From positions 128,001-192,000 of the forward strand of contig JBBRLQ010000009.1 of NCBI GenBank assembly GCA_038231275.1: a stretch of 64,000 nt of DNA. Reading direction: 5' to 3'. A model generated the notes under the pieces. The model was not told the DNA's origin. It saw only the letters and a list, made by a program, of their open reading frames with translations, and made no database searches. Origin of the DNA: Polyangiales bacterium (GTDB lineage Bacteria > Myxococcota_A > Polyangia > Polyangiales > Polyangiaceae). Positions 57,876 through 64,000 of the stretch are shown in pieces (the first letter of the stretch is position 1; each line of letters opens with the position of its first letter). A program made the translations under genes and the position numbers.

Positions 57876-58061
57876 CCGCGTCCGGCCCACTTCAAAGTTC
57901 GGGCCGGCGCCTCGACGCCAGCGCAACCGTTGGAAATCGCGGAAAGAACGTGCCTGGATGGGGTGGATAGCCCCTGAGTCGGGCGGGCCGCTGATGAGAC
58001 CGGGAGGCCGCAACCCAAATCGCTCGACAGACGATCTTTCGCGTGGTTGAAGAGATGCGCG

Positions 58062-58826
58062 ATGCGTCGTTCTTGGCCGGATGCGTCAGAGGCGTTGGGG
58101 TTCGAGGGGCAGGTGCTCACGCGGGGCACGGCGCTCGTCGACTTTCGGCTTCCCGTTCCCGAGGGCGTGTTTCAGGCGGGAGAGGACAGCGTGGTCTTCG
58201 TCGCACCAGCGATATCGTCGCTCCCCGACGAGCCTGCGCGCGCGAGTCGGCCGTCCTTCCCCGGCGCGCATTGGCTGACGCCGCCGCCGGAGCTCTCGGA
58301 GGAGATGCGCGCGCGCTCGTCGCGCCCTGATCCGCGCGAGATCGACGACGACGAGCCCACGCTCCCCGTCATCCCGCTCTCCCGTCGCCGCGGCACGGGC
58401 GACGCGCTCGCGTCCGCGGGCGAGGAGCTCGTCGGGCGCACGCCGGCGGCGCGTGTCGCCCGTGTCGGCGTGGTGGTCTCGCTGATCTTCGCGGGCCTCG
58501 CCGCCCACGCGCTCGGGAACGCGCACCCCGCGGTCACGGCATCGGCTGTGGCGACACCCGACGCGAACGCGCACACTCCGGTCGCGGCCCTCGTCACGCG
58601 GACCTCGAAGACCGGGACCGACTCGGCCCACGTCGCCGCCGCGCCCGCGCCGGTGGTCATCTCCGGTGCGCCCGTATGGATCGTGCTCTCGCCGTCGCGT
58701 GGGGTGACCTCGACGACCAAGCGGCCGGGCGAGCCGCTCGCGCCGCTCGTGCCAGGCGTTCCCGAGACCCTCGGTCTCCCGCGTCCCGCGCCGCCCCCGC
58801 CGCGCTCGGAATTCGCGCGTCTTTGA
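58062..58826 (+). CDS. Hypothetical Pro-rich single-TM protein
   Basis: Fills the gap before the next gene; one hydrophobic segment. Confidence 0.45.
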   Translation: MRRSWPDASEALGFEGQVLTRGTALVDFRLPVPEGVFQAGEDSVVFVAPAISSLPDEPARASRPSFPGAHWLTPPPELSEEMRARSSRPDPREIDDDEPTLPVIPLSRRRGTGDALASAGEELVGRTPAARVARVGVVVSLIFAGLAAHALGNAHPAVTASAVATPDANAHTPVAALVTRTSKTGTDSAHVAAAPAPVVISGAPVWIVLSPSRGVTSTTKRPGEPLAPLVPGVPETLGLPRPAPPPPRSEFARL

Positions 58827-58854
58827 CGGCGCCTCGCGCTATTCTCTTGCCAGC

Positions 58855-60516
<1,662 letters not shown>

Positions 60517-60548
60517 CGTCAGGTAGTCGCGTCGCGTCCGAGTGGAGC

Positions 60549-62120
60549 TTACTTGCGGCGGCGGACGAGGCCGCGGACGTCTTCGAGATCCGCGCGAGAG
60601 AGCTCTCCGGTCACGACCATGAGGACGACGTAGACGACGCCGAGCGCACCCGCGAGGAGGACGACGGCGTAGCGGCCCACGTGCGGCAAGCTCGGTCCGG
60701 CCACGAAGGCGATCGCGACGGCAGCGCCGACCCGCGCGGCGGTCTTCCATGGAACGAACGCGCCGGCGACGCGGACCACGGCGACGACGCCGGCGACGAG
60801 CGCCAGGCCGAGCGCGCTGGTCGTGGCGGCCGCGGTGGAGATGAGCTGGATGCGCCCGAACGCGTCGGTCGGCATCGCGAAGAAACACGCGAGACACACC
60901 GCGGCGCACGCGCAGATGGTGATGCTCGCCGCCAAGCGCTCGCGTCCGAGGCTCGCGAGGACCGTCATGGCGACGCCGAGCAGCGCGAACGCGGCCTGGC
61001 CGAGCGCGAGGAGGCGCAGCGTGTCGTGACCGCGCGACGCCACTTCGGACCCGTAGGCGAACTCGAGAAGGCCGCCGGGGACCGCGACGATCACCGACAC
61101 CATGAGGCCGCCCGCGATCGTCGCGATTCGCGCGCCGCGTGCGACGTAGCGGGCGACTGCGGCGGTGTCCCCTTCGCTCTTCGCGTGCGCGAGCATCGGG
61201 AAGAGGACCTGCGTCACGCTGAAGAGGAGCTGGTAAGGCAGGAACGCAAAGAGCTGGCACGCGCGGTAGACGCCGACCCACTCGTCGGCCGCCTTCGCGG
61301 GATCGGCCGCGTTCGTGACGAGCGCCCCTTCAGAGAGGAATCGCCCGAGGACGGTGATGTCGATTTGCATCAGGACGTTGGTGCCCAGCTGCGCGAGCGC
61401 GAGCGGGAGTAGCTGCGCGAGGTATTCACGAGGCGAGGGGACCTCGGGCGCTCCTTCGCCGCCCGGCCTCCCGGTTCCGGCGCGGCGCGCGGCGAGCGGC
61501 ACGATGCACGCGGCGGCGAGGACGAACCCGCTGATCGCCCCGAGCGCGCCCGACATGCCGCGCCGCGCGAACGCCCACCCGAGGCCGAGCATGCCGATGG
61601 TGCGGAGCACCGCGAACGTCATGTCGAGCGACGCTTGCCGCGTGAACTGCGCGCGCCCGTTCAGCATCCCCACGAGCGGCGCGTACAGGCCATAGAGCGC
61701 GACCACGCCGGACGCGACGATCAACGGCGCGACGACGTGCGGCGCGTGCTCGAATTTCCCGACGAGCGGCGCGGCCGCGGCAAAGAGGAGCGCGAGCCCG
61801 AGCGCGAGGGGCACGTGCACCTTGAGCGTCGCGCGCAGGGCCTGCTCTTCCAGCAGCGCTCCCCTTGCGCGCGCGCGCGCACGCGCGACAGTGCGGCTGA
61901 CGCCCTGGATGGAGGACGACACGACGACGTTGTTCACGACGCTCGCCACCGCGAGCACGCGCGACAGCGCGCCGTACCCTGCGAGCCCGATCAGGCTCGG
62001 CAGCACGGTCTGCTGCACGAGCCCGATCACGATGAAGAACGCCTTCGCCGCGAGCACGGCGACACCGCCGCGGCCCGCAGCCCGCGCGCGCTCGTCGCCC
62101 GCCGCGACCTCGCCCTTCAC
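60549..62120 (-). CDS. MOP-superfamily (Wzx/MurJ-like) flippase
   Basis: About 13-14 TMs; N-terminal GRGG..., G...YG, VGVY.A, FPML. Confidence 0.75.
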   Translation of the reverse strand: MKGEVAAGDERARAAGRGGVAVLAAKAFFIVIGLVQQTVLPSLIGLAGYGALSRVLAVASVVNNVVVSSSIQGVSRTVARARARARGALLEEQALRATLKVHVPLALGLALLFAAAAPLVGKFEHAPHVVAPLIVASGVVALYGLYAPLVGMLNGRAQFTRQASLDMTFAVLRTIGMLGLGWAFARRGMSGALGAISGFVLAAACIVPLAARRAGTGRPGGEGAPEVPSPREYLAQLLPLALAQLGTNVLMQIDITVLGRFLSEGALVTNAADPAKAADEWVGVYRACQLFAFLPYQLLFSVTQVLFPMLAHAKSEGDTAAVARYVARGARIATIAGGLMVSVIVAVPGGLLEFAYGSEVASRGHDTLRLLALGQAAFALLGVAMTVLASLGRERLAASITICACAAVCLACFFAMPTDAFGRIQLISTAAATTSALGLALVAGVVAVVRVAGAFVPWKTAARVGAAVAIAFVAGPSLPHVGRYAVVLLAGALGVVYVVLMVVTGELSRADLEDVRGLVRRRK

Positions 62121-62142
62121 GGACTCCCTTCTGTCGCTCTAC

Positions 62143-62814
62143 TTAGAAGCTGGAGCCGTACTGGCCGCGGAGCTCGTCGTCGATCGTGGTGAAGATCATC
62201 GCGATGTCGAGGAGAAGCATGACCGACGCCGTGACGATGCCGGCGATGCAGAAGCCACTGCCCTTGAACATCATCGGGTTCGATTTGACCTTGTTCAGGC
62301 CGACGATGCCGCAAACGATGGCGGCGATCGGCACGGGCGCGCCGAAGTAGCCGCAGCAGCAGAGCGGCACCGACACGATGCCACACACGAGCGCGGTGAT
62401 CGCGAGCGGGTGGAGCTTCGCCTGGCCGCCCATCGGATCCATCGGACCGCCGAAGCCACCGCCCGGGGGACCGCCATAGCCGCCGCCTGGCGGACCGTAC
62501 CCGGGGGGACCGCCCTGTGGGGGACCACCCTGCGGGGGACCGCCATAGCCGCCGCCTCCGGGAGGACCGCCGTACCCGCCGCCTCCGGGAGGACCGCCGT
62601 ACCCGCCGCCACCCGGGGGACCGCCCTGCGGGGGACCGCCGTATCCGCCGCCGCCACCGCCGCCAGGGGGAGGACCATATCCGCCGCCACCGCCGCCCGG
62701 GGGAGGACCATATCCGCCGCCACCGCCGCCCGGAGGAGGCCCACCGTATCCGCCGCCGCCCGGAGGCCCGTATCCACCGGCCGCTTCGATCTGCCCCTGC
62801 TCGCTCGTCGTCAT
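62143..62814 (-). CDS. DUF4190-like membrane protein with GGYGPPP-repeat N-terminus
   Basis: LAITALVCGI...AIVCGIVGL.......KG.G...AGI. Confidence 0.75.
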   Translation of the reverse strand: MTTSEQGQIEAAGGYGPPGGGGYGGPPPGGGGGGYGPPPGGGGGGYGPPPGGGGGGGYGGPPQGGPPGGGGYGGPPGGGGYGGPPGGGGYGGPPQGGPPQGGPPGYGPPGGGYGGPPGGGFGGPMDPMGGQAKLHPLAITALVCGIVSVPLCCCGYFGAPVPIAAIVCGIVGLNKVKSNPMMFKGSGFCIAGIVTASVMLLLDIAMIFTTIDDELRGQYGSSF

Positions 62815-62900
62815 GCGCACCCTCCGAGGCAGACAGCCTCGCACGAGAGAGCGCGCGAGTGAACGTCGAAATCGCCAAATACGTTGCTATCTTTCCGGCC

Positions 62901-63362
62901 ATGGTACCGGCAGCGGGTCTGGATGCGGCTCACCCGTCGAGGGACGCGGCCCCTGAAGACCACCGGCAAGGCGCATACCCCGCGCGAGCTCTTGGCGTCG
63001 CGGCGGCGTGGGTGCTCGGTGCCCTTCCGGCGGCGACCGGCCTCACGCGCTGCCCGGTCGCTCTCTTCACGCACCACGCGTGCCCGGGATGTGGCCTCAC
63101 GCGCGCCGTTCGCCTCCTCTTCCATGGGGACGTCGCCGGCTCCCTCCACATGCACGCCCTCGCGGTCGCGGTCGTGGCCTCGAGCGGCCTCATCATGCTC
63201 GGAACCACCTGGGCGGCGTATCGCCGCGGAACCCCCACCGATCTGTTGCAGGTGCCGTTCGGCCGCTTCGCCGCGTGGGCGTTCGTCGTGGTCCAGGTGA
63301 CCCTCCTCCTCTATTACGTGGCCCGTCTGGCCGGCGCGTTCGGTGGCCTTCCGCCGGTGTGA
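62901..63362 (+). CDS. DUF2752-like membrane protein
   Basis: CP....T...CPGCGLTRA...L.HGD. Confidence 0.8.
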   Translation: MVPAAGLDAAHPSRDAAPEDHRQGAYPARALGVAAAWVLGALPAATGLTRCPVALFTHHACPGCGLTRAVRLLFHGDVAGSLHMHALAVAVVASSGLIMLGTTWAAYRRGTPTDLLQVPFGRFAAWAFVVVQVTLLLYYVARLAGAFGGLPPV

Positions 63363-63368
63363 GCCAGG

Positions 63369-64000
63369 TCAGCGGGCCGCGCGGACGCTGATCGGCTTCT
63401 GCCGAACGAAGATCTCGTCGGGGAGCGCATGTAGAACGCACGCATCGTCACGCTCGAAGGCGTGGACGGCGTATCCGCGATCGATCGGGGTGCGATCGCC
63501 GACCAGGAGCACGCGGCCGTTCTGCACCCACGCGAGCCCGCGGATGCCCTTGTCGAAGCTCTCGCTCGGGCCGATCACGTTCTTCGCGAGGACCGCGCCG
63601 GTCTGCGCGTCGAACGTCGCAAGCGAGGTGCGGTTCAACGTCGGCGTGGCGTCGGCGAGGACGACTGCGCCACATCGGTTCTTCACGGCGACCTCTGCGA
63701 CGCTCCCGCCGAGATCGGCCTCGTGCACCAGCAGCCGCGTCGTCCCGGTCGCGACGTCGAACCGCTCTACCCCCGCCGCGGCCTCGTCCGCCGCGTCGAA
63801 GTTGCCGGGCATAGCGAGAAAGAGCCCGCCCGCGTCCTCGACGATCGTGTTGAACGGATTTTTCCCTGCGAGCTCCACCACAGCCTCGACAGCGCGCGTC
63901 GCGACGTCGATCCGGAGCATCTGCGACGGCTGCTTGGACCGGAGCTGATCGCGATCGTCGAGGCGCTCGAGCGTCACGAACGCCTTCGGGCCAGCAGCCG
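63369..64000 (-). CDS. Beta-propeller-like protein (5' part outside the window)
   Basis: Frame is open to the window edge; V...ELAGKNP, GVERFD and other blade-like strands. Confidence 0.6.
   Translation of the reverse strand, partial: AAGPKAFVTLERLDDRDQLRSKQPSQMLRIDVATRAVEAVVELAGKNPFNTIVEDAGGLFLAMPGNFDAADEAAAGVERFDVATGTTRLLVHEADLGGSVAEVAVKNRCGAVVLADATPTLNRTSLATFDAQTGAVLAKNVIGPSESFDKGIRGLAWVQNGRVLLVGDRTPIDRGYAVHAFERDDACVLHALPDEIFVRQKPISVRAAR

Noticed and set aside
57900..57960. sigma54 promoter upstream of the hydrolase gene
   Set aside because: An A/T-rich tract and TGGC are present, but there is no GC at the -12 position

Overview
High-GC, gene-dense bacterial window with no rRNA, tRNA, CRISPR array or transposase recognised. 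Gene content points to a myxobacterium, probably Polyangia-like (inference): three Ser/Thr kinases, an FHA-sigma54 activator, a MYXO-CTERM protein, ECF cassettes, Cys-rich lipoproteins and a recA1-like gene. About 50 CDS are supported; most long ORFs in the supplied track are GC shadows. Main observations: (1) a translationally coupled MoxR/bpX5-like/vWA-propeller/bpX6-like conflict operon whose largest subunit carries an apparently intact PP2C phosphatase, followed by a membrane Ser/Thr kinase; (2) a stand-alone, sigma54-preceded lipoprotein made of four flagellar-hook FlgE D2 (FlaE)-like repeats, split by a single-base insertion at 38539; (3) two dispersed copies of a ~90-nt multi-hairpin element with compensatory base changes (11041-11129 +, 30126-30217 -); (4) a comM-recA pair behind a sigma54-type promoter; (5) an ECF sigma/zinc-finger anti-sigma/exported caspase cassette; (6) widespread apparently leaderless gene starts. 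All family calls come from motif recognition by eye; no database searches were run.
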